From Neocallimastix sp. 'constans' (lineage: Eukaryota), in assembly GCA_050613775.1 (NCBI GenBank), contig JBODTK010000130.1:124001-188000 (forward strand): a stretch of 64,000 bases of DNA, given 5' to 3'. This document shows, piece by piece, positions 1 through 15,062 of this stretch. Below the pieces are notes generated by a model. It was not told the DNA's origin and searched no databases. It saw only the letters and a program-made list of their open reading frames with translations. The translations under genes were made by a program, and so were the position numbers. Positions within the stretch are counted from its first letter, which is position 1. Each line of letters begins with the position of its first letter.

Positions 1-592
1 CAAACTTTAGAACATCTTTTACAAGATGCTCAAGAAAAGTTGACTTTACAAAACCAAAAGTATATATTTTATTTTATTTATTTATTATTATTTTTTTTAT
101 TTTATTTTTCTAAATTATTTCCATTATTATTATTATTATTATTATTATTAAATTTTATAGAATTTAATTTAATATATATAATATATATATAATATTTATA
201 TTTATTAATATTAATATATAATATAAAAATCATATAAAAAATATAAACTATTTATTAATTATAATTTTTATTATTATTATTTTTTTTTATATTTAAAAAT
301 AAATGAATAAATAAAAAAATAATTAATAAACAAATTATTAAATAGGTTCGATACTCAATTAGCTGCCATGAGAGAAAGATTACAAGAAGCTAGAGCTCAA
401 AATAATAATTCCAACAATAGTTGGATGTGGAATGCTTCTCGTATTGCTAAACCATTAAGAGGTGGTCAAGATGTTCCTCAAGATGATTTTGAAAATAGAT
501 ATGCTAATATGGCTCATTATAGTGATTTAGATCCAAATTCTAATGCTAATAAAAGATCTTCATGGTACATTAATTTATTAAAGAAATCATAA
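1..592 (+). CDS. 3' end of kinesin-1 (conventional kinesin heavy chain); exons <1-59 and 346-592, intron 60-345
   Basis: The spliced reading QTLEHLLQDAQEKLTLQNQK|FDTQLAAMRERLQEAR...RIAKPLRGG contains the IAK autoinhibitory tail motif of fungal kinesin-1. The GT..AG intron keeps the frame. Confidence 0.88.
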
Positions 593-630
593 ATTTAAGA
601 AAAAGAAAGAGATCAAAAAAAAAAAAAAAA

Positions 631-664
<34 letters not shown>

Positions 665-1046
665 TTAATAATAAGAATAATAATAATTGTATTATCATTT
701 AAATTTTATTTTTTATTTTTTATTTATTATTTTATTCCTTCTTTTTCTTTAAAATTTAATTAATATAATAATATCAATAGAAAAAAAAAAAAAAAAAAAA
801 AAAAACATTATCAATTACGTCAAATATAAAATATAATGTATAAATAATATATAGATAGATATATATTTTATTATTAATATAAAAAAAAAAAAAAAAAAAA
901 AAAAAATTAAACTGTATACATACTCTCTACCTGTATTATTATTTTTTTTTTGTAATTTAATAAATATTTATATATATATTGTTATTATAATATATATAAT
1001 TTTAAAAAAATTTTTTTTTTAATTTTTTTCTTCTTATAAATAAATA

Positions 1047-1214
1047 CTTACCGAAATACATTGTATTTTTGAGCTTTTTTATTTTTTATTTTTTAAATTT
1101 TTTTTTTTATTTTTAATTTCAAATGTACTTTTCACCTACATGTTTTTTTTTTATAATAAAATTAATAAAGTTATGGAAGTGTATTCTCTTCCCTGTCTAA
1201 AAAAAAAAAAAAAA

Positions 1215-1216
<2 letters not shown>
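1047..1216 (+). mobile_element. Short 3'-end fragment of LINE family B with poly(A)
   Basis: Matches the 3' UTR of the copies ending near 25460 and 28055 (...ggaagtgtattctcttccctgtct + poly A). Confidence 0.8.
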
Positions 1217-1347
<131 letters not shown>

Positions 1348-1383
1348 AAAGTTAATATAATAATCAATCGTATCTAAATAAAT

Positions 1384-1581
1384 TTATTTTCTCATTCGGA
1401 TCGATTGAATCGATTGATTGAACATTATAGTGAACTTAGCTTCTGATGTTACTCAACATAGTCTGGATAAAGAATCCTAGGTAAATTTATTTGGAATTAA
1501 TCCTAATAATTAAATCCCACTTGGGGATATTAATGATCCTATCACTATGGAAGAAATTCAAAACACATTGTTTGATATATG

Positions 1582-1613
<32 letters not shown>

Positions 1614-1865
1614 ATAATAAAGCTCCTGGCCCCCCTGAATGGTATTCCGATTGAATTTTTTTTTTTTTTTTTTTTTTTTTTAAAGCCTTCTTTAGTAAAT
1701 CTGATTTATACGATCATCAAGAATCAAGATGATTCTTTAGTTGTTCACTACTTACTCTGATTATGCTTGCTAAATGTTTATTTTCATTATTTAACAAACA
1801 AAATCTAGGCTGGTGATTTTCTCCCTTGAAGAGTGGAATTCGACTTCCATATAAAATATCAATTC

Positions 1866-1899
<34 letters not shown>

Positions 1900-4014
1900 A
1901 GATCTTTCAGATTACAATACTCATCAATGTAGGTTTAAAAATTCTATCAAAAATTGTCACTAAAAGAATATCGGACTATGCTTTTTCTAATGGAATAATT
2001 AGACCAGAACAGTTTGGTTTTAGAAATAAAGAAGAATGTATTAGTTTATTTGTATCCATTCGTGAAATTTGTCAAAGAAGAAAATTTAAGGATAAATTTA
2101 CCTTTCTTGCCTTTCTTGACCTTAAAAAAGCTTATGATTCAGTTCCAATTTACAATATACTTACTAAACTAAAAATTATCTTGGTATTCGTGGTAAATGC
2201 CTTCAATTCATTACTAATCTATACCTTACCTCGAAAGCTCGTGCAAACTTTAATGGTAAACTTTCAAAAGAATTTCCAATACACCGTGGTGTTCGCCAAG
2301 GGTGTCCTCTCTCTCCTATTTTATTCAATATATTTATCAATGATATTTTTGATAAATGTAAAAGTTATGGTGTGATTACTGAAAAGAAAAAGTGTTGTGG
2401 TGGATTATTTGCTGATGATATTGTATTATTAGCTCCTACAAAATCTTCACTTAAAAACCTTTTGAATATTGCTCATGATTGGGGTATTAAAAATGAAATG
2501 ACCTTTGGAATCAATAAATGCGCTACACTAGTTGTTAAACCAAAGAATTTTATACCTTCAAGACATTATGAAAATCCTACTTTTAGACTTGGTATGAACT
2601 ATATACCAAGCACTAATCAATATACATATCTTGGTATACCTTTTAATGAATCGTTGGATTTAAAACCTATTATTGCTAAGATGAATAGTAAAATTAAATA
2701 TACAGTTAACTCTTTCTTTAGATTTTTAACCAATAGGAATGTTCCTTTCTACTTTAAAACTCGTATACTAGTTTCTTTTGTCCTTAGTTCAGTTCTTTAT
2801 TATGCTCCCTTACTTGGTTCAAATAAAAAGAATACTGAAAAAGCTCAAACTGCTTTTAATCGAGGTTTGTATTGGAGTTTCGGGTTTAAAAATAAAACCT
2901 CCAATACTTCAATTTACAATATGTCTAAGGAACTTTCTATACCTCCTATAGCTAGTTTTTGTGCTAAGGCGATGATTCGATGTTTTAAAAAGTGGAAAGA
3001 TTCTTCTTGTATTATTTCTCATTTAGTCAAAAATATACCTACACTTTCTCACTATTCATGGACGAAAAAAGCACGGAGTTTAGTAGTATACAAGCACAAT
3101 AATAAACTTCCTGGAGAAATAAGGAAGTTTTACTGGGAAAATATTCATTATTCAAGCACTCCTGCGATCAGATCTACAAAATACAAGAAATTTAAATTTG
3201 GTTTTAAAAAATTTATTCAACGTCTATCACTTAAATTTTCACAATTTTCTCTTGGATTTTTTTTGGATTGGACGAATTAAATGTGGATTCAAATTTGATG
3301 TAAAAACGTATGTTAAAAGTAATCTAGTATCAGAAAATTGCCCAACATACTGCCCTTGTTGTGGTGAGAGTAACAGCATACCTAGTTTTACACACTGGAT
3401 ACTTTTATGTCCTAAATTTGAAGAATTTAGGCAACATTTCATTTCCTTTGTTGATGAAATTTTTATTAATTTTTCTCTTATTGTTCATGAGAAATCATTG
3501 AACATTCCTGATGATGAAGAGGAAGATTTTGATGATAATATCAATTTTTACGTGCTGTGTCTCCTTCTTGGCGGAAATGCAGTATTTGAAATCTTAAAGA
3601 TCGGCTCGGGGGAAAGAAGGCGATATATTAATAATATTTTTCAATCACCTTCGAACGAGTCTTCTTTCCCGATTTCATATTTTGTGGGGCTTGCGGAATT
3701 CCTTACTAACGTTATGCCTATTGTGATTGGTGATTTTTACACCATGATCGATTTGTATAGTGTTAGACCTACCGTTGTCAAGAGCGTCGACTGTCGTAAC
3801 GATAAGGCAAAGAAGAAATTCTGATACAGATTCGAATGATAATTTTCATCCACATGGAGTTATCTTCGATGAATGGGAAGAGTTAGAGGCCTTTTCGTCC
3901 TCGAATCTCATAACGTAGTTTTTTAATATTAATATAAAAAAAAAATTTCATGTATTTAAACTTCATGTATTTTTTTTTAAAAAAAAAATATTATTAAATA
4001 AAGTTTATTCCTAG

Positions 4015-4052
<38 letters not shown>

Positions 4053-4491
4053 GATTACAATAATAATAATTAATAATAATTATCGTAGTATTTTCTCTTA
4101 TTAATTAATTTATTAATGCTGATTTAAAAAAAAAAAAAAAATTATTTTAAAAGATGGTTACTAATAGCATTGCTAAAAAAATATGCCTTAGAACATAAAA
4201 TTTTTGTTTAGACCTGAAACAATTTGAATTTTAGAAATAAAAAAAGAAGAAGAATGCCTAAGTTTATATAGTTCACAATTAGAGAGCAATATGTCAATAT
4301 GTCAAAGAAGAAAATTTCATAGGAAAAATTTTTTTTTTTTTACTTATCTTACCTTTGCTTTTTTTTCGATCTTAAAAAAAAAAAAAGCCTAGGATTCATT
4401 CAGTACCTATCTTTTATCTTTAATTTTTTTTTTGACGAAATTATATATATATAACTTTATATAACTCAGGAATTAGAGGTAAATGTCATCT

Positions 4492-4529
<38 letters not shown>

Positions 4530-5545
4530 AAGAATCTTTATCTATTCTCTAAAACTCATGCTTTTTTTTTTTTTTTTTTTTTTTTTAAATGGTAATCTCT
4601 CTGAAGAATTTTCGATGAATCATAGTGTTAGAGAAGGATGCCCTCTTCTATCTCCTATTTTATTCAATTTGTTACATTACATTAATGATGCACTGGATAA
4701 TTGTGATTAAGTATGGTGTCTATTTAGAATTCTCAATATTGTTGTGGTGGACTTTTTGCCGATGATATTGATATTGTTTTAGTTGCTCCATCCATCAAAG
4801 CAAGCTCTTAAAAAAATTTTGAATTAGGTTCATGAATGGGTTATTAAAAATGAAATGACTTTTGGAATTAATAAGTGTACTACTCTTGTTGTAAAACCAA
4901 TCCACTTTGTTAAAACCGATAAATTACGAAGATCCATCTTTCCTTATTGATGGTAACAAATTACCTAAAACTGACAACTATACTTATCTTGGTATTTTTT
5001 TTTTTGATGAATCGTTATCATTGAAATCTATACAATCCAAATGAAACCGTAATTGAAATGTTAAGTTAAATTTCGTACTTTCAATTTCTTATTAATAAAT
5101 CTATTCCTCTCCCATTGAAGAAATATGTTTTAATTTCATTTATTCTTAGTCTTGTTTTATATTATGCTCCTCTCTCTTTGGTTCAAATAAGAGCAGATGC
5201 TCTAAAACTCAAAGAAAAAAATTATTACTTTAGAGGACTTTATTGGAGTTATGGATTTAAATCTCGTAAATTCTTATGTTAGTCTCTATGATATGATATT
5301 ACTCATTGAATTGAGAATACCTCCTCTTTCAGCTGTCTGTGCTATATCTCAATTACACTGCTTTTAGAAAATGGAAAAAAAAGCTCATCATGTATTATTA
5401 ATCATCTCACTAATAATATTCCTACTATGTCACATAACGTATGGACCAAAGAATCAAGGACTTTGGATAAGAAATTAAATGAAAAAAAAACAAGTGAAAT
5501 AAAAAAAGTTTTATTGGGAAAGAGATGTCTTCAAACCCTCAAAAG

Positions 5546-5580
<35 letters not shown>

Positions 5581-6494
5581 CAATTATATACAAGGAGAAT
5601 GATTTTGGATTTATTTCAGAAATCAAAGACTTAACATTTCATTTTCCTAAGTATCAATTGGGATTCTTTTGGATTTCTCGAAGTAGTGTTGTGGTTTTAA
5701 ATTTGACATGAGTATTTCCATTAAAAGAAAATATAGTTAGTCTTAGAAGATTTCCCTAAATGTTACCCTTGTTGTGGAGTTAGTGTTACCTAGCTTTTCT
5801 CACTGGATCTTTGCCTGTAAAGAATTGGAAAATTACAGAAATAAATCTTTATACCTTTTCTAGATGATCTCTTTTTTGAAGTTTGCAATGATAATTGAAC
5901 AAAAATCCTTGGATATTTCTTTAGATTCAGAAAAGGATGATGATAATAATATTTATTACTTTATATTGAGTGCTCTTCTTGGTGGGCATTCAATATATAT
6001 AAAAAAAAAAATTAAAGTTAATGATGGGGGAACAAAGACAATTAGTTGACAATATTTTTAAGCAAAGTTCAACTTTGTCGATTGTTTCCGTATTTTGTGG
6101 GAATTGAGGAGTTTCTAACAAACTTAATACCATTAATTTTTTGATCTTTTTAGATTGATGATGAAATGGTATTCCGTTGAATCCACCGTTGCTAAGAGTA
6201 TCGACGTCGAAATGATAAGGCATGGATTTTCACCTCCTAGTGAAAAGATCTGATACAGATTTGTTTGATAGCACTAATACTGAAATTATTACTCGCAATA
6301 ATGGACGTGTTGTTATCATCGAGGAATGGGAAAAGTTAGAAGCTATTGCTTCTAATACACTTTTATAATTTTATAATATACAATATTTTATTTCATGTAT
6401 TTTATTTGTTATTTTTTCATTTAAATCATGTAATTTTATTTTATTATTATAAATTAAATAAAGTTATTCTCCAAGTCAAAAAAAAAAAAAAAAA
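1384..6494 (+). mobile_element. Heavily degraded 5'-truncated LINE family C, split by a LINE A insertion at 1920-4047
   Basis: 14-bp TSD gtatctaaataaat at 1370-1383 and 6495-6508. RT remnants (KAPG..GIPIEF, GGLFADD, EMTFGINKC) carry many homopolymer indels. Its 3' end matches 28261-28924. Confidence 0.8.
1920..4047 (+). mobile_element. 5'-truncated LINE family A (RT plus C-terminal CCHC), frameshifted, nested in LINE C
   Basis: 15-bp TSD tttcagattacaata at 1905-1919 and 4048-4062. Motifs QFGFR, FLDLKKAYD, LFADD, YLGI and CPCCG..HWILLC; poly(A) tail. Confidence 0.9.
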
Positions 6495-6544
6495 GTATCT
6501 AAATAAATGAATAATAAATAAATAAATCAAAAAATCAATCCAAA

Positions 6545-6790
6545 ATAATATAATAAATAATAAGTAATAGTAATAGAATAGTAAATAATAAATTATAAAT
6601 AAATAATAAATAAATAATAAATAATAAATAATAAATAATAAATAATAAATAATAAATAAAAATAATAAATAATAAATAATAAATAATAAATAATAAATAA
6701 TAAATAATTGAATAATAAATAATTAAATAATAAATAATAAATAATAAATAATAAATAATAAATAATAAATAATAAATAATAAATAACAAT
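6545..6790. repeat. (AATAAAT)n low-complexity repeat
   Basis: Directly visible; explains the spurious ORF 6535-6789. Confidence 0.9.
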
Positions 6791-6987
6791 AAAAAAAAGC
6801 TTATTTCATAATGAAATTAAATTATAAGATATTTATTAATAATATAAATAAAATTACATTTTAATATTTAAAATACAATCACTAATATATATATATATAT
6901 TTAATATTTTTTTAAAAAAAAAAAAATAAATGCAGTTTTTAATATGTTAAAATGTATCAATTGTTATTATGAGTAATTTTTAAATCA

Positions 6988-7019
<32 letters not shown>

Positions 7020-7342
7020 TTTATTTATATATATAAAATATTTTTATTTGAATTTATTATTTTAATATATATATGGAAATATATACAATAATTTTATTTT
7101 AAAGTTTAACATGCTTTAATTATTCCATAGCTTAATTGATAATTTTTGAATTCCTTTTGTTTTTAAAATCAACAATCAACTGATAAAATATGAAATATCA
7201 TAATTAATAATTAAAAAACTCAATTGAGAAGACAAAAGGTTTTATGTTAACATTAATTATTATTATTATTATTATTATTTTTTTAATAAGAATTAAATAT
7301 TTATACTATTTTGAAGTATTATCTATCTATTTATTTATGTAT

Positions 7343-7388
<46 letters not shown>

Positions 7389-7427
7389 AATCATATCAAA
7401 TTTATACCTAACTTTATTTTTTTACTC

Positions 7428-7715
7428 AAATCTAAGCATTTCGTAATGTGGCGTATTTTCATATCTGGCATGTTTTTTTTATAAATAAATAATCAAATAA
7501 ATAATAATTAAATAAATAATAAATATTCTTTTATATATATATATATATAATTTATTAATATTCAATTATAAATATAATTTTTTATAAAAAAAAATAATAT
7601 TTAATAATTCTTTTTTAATAGAATATATTTATTTATGACTGTATAGAATATTTTAAAAAATATATAGTTTTATTTTAAAAATATTATAAGCCACATTGAG
7701 AAATACACGATCCCC
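7428..7715. mobile_element. Mutator-type MITE
   Basis: 9-bp TSD tttttactc at 7419-7427 and 7716-7724. Imperfect TIRs (gcatttcgtaatgtggc ... gccacattgagaaatac) share motifs with the MULE ends at 51.7-62.5 kb. Confidence 0.65.
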
Positions 7716-8029
7716 TTTTTACTCCACATATACTTAACCCTTAATATTCAAAAATAATAGTTTTTATCATACTTTGGAACTAATAAATTATTTCATAATG
7801 ATTAATTTTTTTTTTACGTTGTACAAAATATATATATTAAGAACATTATGATAATAAGCTGAAAAACATAAAAAAAAAAAAAAAAAAAAAGAGAACAAAA
7901 ACAAAAAAAGTAAGTAAAAAAAAAAAAAAATCAAAATATATATTTGAATTGAATAAATCAATATATTAATACATAACTTTAATTGAAGTTGAGTCATTTT
8001 TCTATTGAAACGATTTTATTACTCTAAAA

Positions 8030-8116
<87 letters not shown>

Positions 8117-9604
8117 ATTTTACCTTTACTTTAAAGGAGTATATGTAAATATATTATTATTACTATTATTATTATTATTAGATACTATTAAATACTAATG
8201 ATCCTTTTATACATTGACTAATACAAATTATATGTTTTTATATTTTACCTATACATACCTATGATTAAAGAAAACAAATATTTCTCAAATATTTATAAGA
8301 ATATTTGTAAATCATTTCACTGAAAAAAATAAAGTAGCTTAAATGATTCCAGGAATGAAGTTTAGCAGGCGGTTTATTATTCAAGAAATTATATTTATTT
8401 TTAGTTTTTCTTTTTAATTTTTTTTTTAACATATTATATTTATGTGTCAATATATATCTATAAAAAACTTAAAACTAAAACTAAAAAAAAAGTAAATATT
8501 TATATCTATTCATGTAGATACATTTCTTTTTTTCATTTTTTTTTTTTGTATGATGAAATAAGGTACTTATTTATTTGAAAATTATTTTAACTTATATAAA
8601 TAAATTAAGTGAAATGAAATAATGAATATGAGTTCAATATATATATATATAATATATATTTTCAAAAACAAGCAATGTTTTTGGTATAATTTATGATATT
8701 CTGTCGTTTATTAGTATTATTATTATTATTATTTTTTTTTCTTTCTATATTTTATAATATTTATTTTTTTTCAATATTAATTCTATCTATGAATATTAAA
8801 TTCAGAAATATAGAAATATTCATTTACATACTAATTAATATGATAAATAATTTAACTTTTGATATATTAATTTTAGTTACTTGAGTATATATAACTTTGC
8901 ATATTCCCCAGTTGAATTTATTTTATTTTATTTTATTATTATTTTTTTTTTTTATTATTTTTTTTTTTATTAAATTAATTATTTAATAACAATTAATACA
9001 CCTCTAATAAATCATTAATATTTCTTTTAATTATTATACTCCTTAAAATAAAATTTCTAATAGAGTAGTAAAAAATAAAAAGAACATCTACATAATAAAT
9101 AGTATTATGGAGATTAAATTCAAAAAATATTTAATGGTTACTTATTCATTTTTATGAATTATTTTATAATTACTACTATTATCATTATAATTATTATTTT
9201 TATCATCATTGGTATTAAAATTTAGTTTTAACATTTATTAAATAAAAAATAAAATTTAATATATAAAAGTTTTATTTTTATTAAGAATATACAATCTATC
9301 TGTTAGTTAAAATTAATTGTTTTTTTTTTATAATTATTTATATTTTATGCTTTAAGTTGACCACACTTTTAGTTCTAGTTCTTTTTTTTAATTTAAAAGA
9401 GTGTTGATATATTTAATATAATTAATAATTAATAATTAATAATTAATAATTAATAATTAATAAATATAGCAAAAATAAATAATTTATTCAGATAATAAAT
9501 AATAAATAATGTAATAAAAATAATAAAGAACATATGGAATAAGTAAAAATGAACTTTATTTTATTTTATTTTAATATCTTGGGCTTTAATTAAATTTTTC
9601 TTCC

Positions 9605-9641
<37 letters not shown>

Positions 9642-9830
9642 ATTAATAAATATGATTATTATATTCATAAAAACTAAAGTCACACAAAGTTTTATTTTTA
9701 ATTAAATATCATAAAATATATTGGCTACTGTTAAAATTAATATAAACTTTAAATTATAAGTCATTGATGTAATTGTTATTTATTCCACTTATTGAGTACA
9801 AAAATATGAAATTTTGATATATTGCAATGA

Positions 9831-9939
<109 letters not shown>

Positions 9940-10040
9940 GTAAATAATGTATACATATAATTAATTATTTTAATATATAAATTTATATATAAAATAGTAT
10001 AAATACTTTTTTATAATAAATAAATAAATAAATAAATAAG

Positions 10041-10071
<31 letters not shown>

Positions 10072-11079
10072 GTAAATAAATAAGTAAATAAATAAGTAAA
10101 TAAATAAATAAATAAGTAAATAAATAAATAAGTAAATAAATAAATAAATAATTATTTTAATATATAAATTTATATAAATAAATAAATAAATAAATAAGTA
10201 AAAAGAGGTCAGAAAAATATTAAATTAATGTGTACATTTTGTTATTTAATACTACAATATAAATTAATAAATGTTTTATTGTAATGGAATATATATTATA
10301 TACGAGATAGGGACATTAAAATTTATTTAAATAGAATTAAATAAGTAAAAAAAAAATTTTATGAAATTTTTACTCATAAAGTTGGTGTCACATCTAATAA
10401 ATTAATAATTATGTATATATTTATATTTATATTTATTATATTTATTATTTATATTTATTATTTTTATATATTATTTATTATTTATATTTTTATTTATTAT
10501 TTATTATTTATTATTTATTATTTATTATTTATTATTTATATTTATATTTATTTTTTTAATTTCATATGTGATTAATAATCTATAAGTTCATTTAATAATG
10601 ATATAAAACAACATAAATAATTTTATATAAATGAAATAAATGAAATAAATGAAATAAATGAAATAAATGAAATAAATGAAATATATGAAATAAATGAAAA
10701 TAAATGAAATAAATGAAATAAATGAAAATAAATGAAAATAAATGAAAATAAATGAAAATAAATGAAAATAAATGAAATAAATGAAAGAAATGAAAATAAA
10801 TGAAAGAAATGAAATAAATGAAAATAAATGAAATAATGTATTATATGTAGCATATAATACATAATTAATAAGGATTGATTTATAATAATGTAAACCATTA
10901 CTATGAATGGTTAATGATTTTATTTATTAATTAAATATTAATAAAGTAATAATAATAATAATAATGGTAAAAACAAAAAACAAAAAACAAAAATTGATAA
11001 CAAAATAATTAATAAAATTTAAAGTGGTAACAATTGAGATGAACTTTGAAATTGAGGAAGCATGATAATTAGTTCTGCC

Positions 11080-11122
<43 letters not shown>

Positions 11123-12375
11123 TTAAATGTTTATATTTAAATATGAATAAATATTATTATTATTATTATTTTTTCTTTTTTCATAGTTGTTGATTTATAT
11201 ATATTATTATCTAATAAATGAATATTTAATATTTTAAAGGGAGTATTATCTAATAAAATGTTTATTAGATATATATCTATGTGATTGATATATATATATA
11301 TTAGTTAATATAATAATAAATTTATATTAATTCAGGTTCTTCTTTTCAACTTGCATTATTTTCATAATTAATAAATAATTTTCAACTTGCACTATTCTTC
11401 AGATAATTATATTTATTGGTATTATTTATTATTAATATTATTATATATTTTTAAAGAAAAATCATTACTTTTTGTAAAGATTTTATTATAATTATTAATG
11501 AATAATTATTTAAATAATGCATTTGTTTTGTTATTCTAAAATATTTAATGACAATACTTTTATGTATTAATGCTCAAAAAATTTTTCTATAAAAAATCAT
11601 TATCAAAAGTAATATGTAATTTTGATAATAAAAGTTTGAAGAAAAACATGTGAATAAAATAAATAAATATAATAAATAATAAATAAATAAATAAATAATA
11701 AATAATAAATAATAAATAATAAATAAATAAATAATAAATAAATAAATAAGTAAATAAATAATAAATGATAAATAATAAATAATATATAAATAATAAATAA
11801 ATAATAAATAAATAAATTATAAATAGTAAATAAATAATAAATAAATTGAAATATATGAAATTAATTAAATTAATAAAATATTTAATCTATTCATAAAAAA
11901 ATAAAATAGATTAAAAAAAAAAAAATATTGAATTTGTGTTACTTGAATAATTTAAAAAACAAAAAAAAAAAAAATTTTTTTTTATTTATTTTATTTAATT
12001 TTTAATTAATATTCATAATAATTAATGATGAATAATAAAAAAAAAAATAAATGATAAGGTTTGCAACTTCCGTTTTTTTTTTTTTTTTTTTTTTTTTTTA
12101 TTGACAATTTTAAAACAATATTTAATTAGTTTTTATATTAAAATTTTTAATTATGTTATTAATGAGTTAAGTTTAAACATAAAAAAGAGGGTATAAAAGG
12201 ATTAAAATTTTACTTTTATTTTTATTTATTTATTTTTTTTTCAGCTTTTTATTTTTTTATTTATTATTTTAATATATATTTAAAGAATAGTAATTATTTA
12301 TTATAAAAGTTAAATATATATTAAAAATAATTTATTTAAAAACATTTGTTTTTTTTGCTGTATAATAGTATTTTT

Positions 12376-12417
<42 letters not shown>

Positions 12418-12645
12418 GTTTCAATTGTTATAAAAAAACAGTAATAAAGGGACTTTTTTTTTTTTCCTTTTTTCTTTTCTCATATAAATATAAATACATT
12501 TTGTTATAGACAAATAAAAAATAGATAATATAAATAAAATTTTTAAAATAGATTTTAATTATATTATAAAAATAAATTAAAAATTAATAAGTATACAATA
12601 CCCAAAAATAAAATAAATCAATAAATAATTGTAATTCTGTCCAAA

Positions 12646-14851
12646 ATGAAATGCTCTATTTTATTCAGTTTAGCTTTATTCATTGAATTTACTTCAGCTA
12701 TTTCTAGTTACTTCGAAGGTATTAAGCGCCCAAAACTTTTCGAATTATTAGATAATGAAGTTGGTGAAATGCATATTAGCATTTCTAATGAAGATTATGA
12801 ACATCTAAACACCGTTGCCAATTCTGGTTACTCTGTTGATGATACTTTTGGTGGTGACCAAATGATGGATCTTATGATGGCTGAAGAACCAGATTACGTT
12901 TTGTTATCTAAAGTCTTCTCCAATGATGTAGAAGAATACAAAACTAAAAATGCTACCATGTCTTTCAAGATTAATGGGTAAACATTCTTTGAGAATTCTT
13001 TTTTTTTTTTTTTTTATTTATTATTATTATTATTATTGTTATTATTTATTATGGAGTAATATTATATTGTATATTATTCTTATTTTATTAATTTTTTTTG
13101 TTATTATTTAATTTATAAATATATATATATATATATATAAATATATATATCATATCTATGTATATTTTCATTGGATGTAAAAATATAAAAATATATATAT
13201 ATATATATATTTTATTTTCAATTAATCAAGTGAAGAAAAAAGTTTCTCAAAGGTTACTTTCTCTCTTGGTGGTAATTCTGGTCGTGGTTATGGTAAATTA
13301 GGTTACAATGTTAAGATTCGTAATGATAAGGATGATTTATTTGGGGCTCGTCAATTCAGACTTCGTGGTGAAGCTCGTGATCCTTCCTTTATTCGTAATA
13401 AAATTGGTAGTGATATTTACAATAAAATGGGTATTCCAACTTCTTTCGCTGGTTTCACTCGTCTTTACGTTAACGACCAATTCTTCGGATTTTACTCCAT
13501 GCATGATGCTATCAAACAAAAATGGATTGAAAGAGAATTCGGTGAAGTTGATACAAAACATTTATACAAGTGTGGTTTAGTTAACCAATTCCTTTCCTAC
13601 ATCCCTGAATTAGATAATTGTGAAAATGAGGATGATTCTGTCACCGATAGAACTGAATGGACTGACTTATTAAAGACAATTGATGCTGCTCAAACTCGTG
13701 AAGATTTCGAAAAATTCTTAGATGTGGATTTATTCATTAAGAATATGGTTGCTGAATGGCTTGTCGGTTCCTGGGATCGTTTCAACCTTGTTGGTCACAA
13801 CTACTACATGTACAAAAATCCAGAATCTGGTAAATGGATGTTCATTCCATACGATTTCGATTCTGATCTCGGTAGTGATATGTATGGTGGTCTCTTCTAC
13901 AACAAAAAGCTTTTTGCCTATGTTTATGACTGGCCATTCTTTACTTATGATGATTACGCTGCAAAGCGTCATATCACCGATGTTTTAGTTCGTGCTGATA
14001 ACTCTACTTTCAATAGATATGCTCAAGAATTCGTTCGTGATGTCTTTAATCCAGCTATTCTTTTCAAACACATAGATGAAGTCAAGAAGTTAATTGATGC
14101 TGATATTGTTGCTGATAAAACCGAAGATCCAACTACCGGTTTACGTCCAGGTCGTATTAACGTTAAAGGTAAGACTGATGAACCTTATGAAGTTTATCAA
14201 GCTAACAGTGAATTTACTACTGTCAGTGCTGATTTCACTGCATCCTATGGTCTTAAGCGTTGGATTCTTGATAAATTTAGACATGTCTGTGGCTTATATA
14301 ATATGGATTGCTCCTTTGCTGCTGAATACTTAGAAGGTGGTTCCTTCACCTACGAAGTTGATTCAAACTTAGAAAACGCTGGTATGGACTTCTCCGGTTC
14401 TGCTTCTGGTGAACTTGTTCCTGTTCCAACCGATGGTATTGAACCACAGTCCACTGGCGCTGCTGAAGTTCCATCTACTGGTGAAACTGAAACCCCTGTT
14501 ACTACTGGTGAAGAAAACCCAGATGTAACCATTCAAACCCAAAGTTCAGCTGAAGGCAATAATAATGATAATACAACAACTGAAGCTGAAACCTGTTGGT
14601 CTGAAGCCTTTGGTTACAAGTGCTGTCAATTTTCTTGCCTTGTTGTGAAGGAAGATGAACAAGGTGCCTGGGGTAGTGAAAATGGAGAATGGTGTGGTAT
14701 TCAAACCGATTCTTGTAAGAAGCAATCTGAAGCCTGCTGGTCTATTCCATTAGGATACACCTGTTGTCAAAATTCTCAAGTTTATGAAGAGGATGAACAA
14801 GGTGCCTGGGGTTATGAAGATGATCACTGGTGTGGTATTCTTAAGAATTAA
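12646..14851 (+). CDS. Secreted CotH-kinase-family protein with Thr/Glu-rich linker and two C-terminal fungal dockerin (CBM10-like) domains; exons 12646-12977 and 13231-14851
   Basis: N-terminal signal peptide. CotH motifs (LRGEARDPSFIR, LYVNDQFFGFY, WD...HNYYMY...WMFIPYDFD). Two CWS..GY.CC...WG.E...WCGI repeats. The GT-AG intron 12978-13230 restores the frame. Confidence 0.9.
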
Positions 14852-15012
14852 ATTTTTTTTTTATTATTTTAACTTGAAAATTTAAAATTTAAAAATTTAA
14901 TTTTATAATTTTATAATTATATAATTTTATAATTATATATATACATATATATATTTTATTACATTTTTTTTTCATCCTTTTTTTCTTTTCTTTATTATTA
15001 TTATGATTTTTT

Positions 15013-15062
<50 letters not shown>

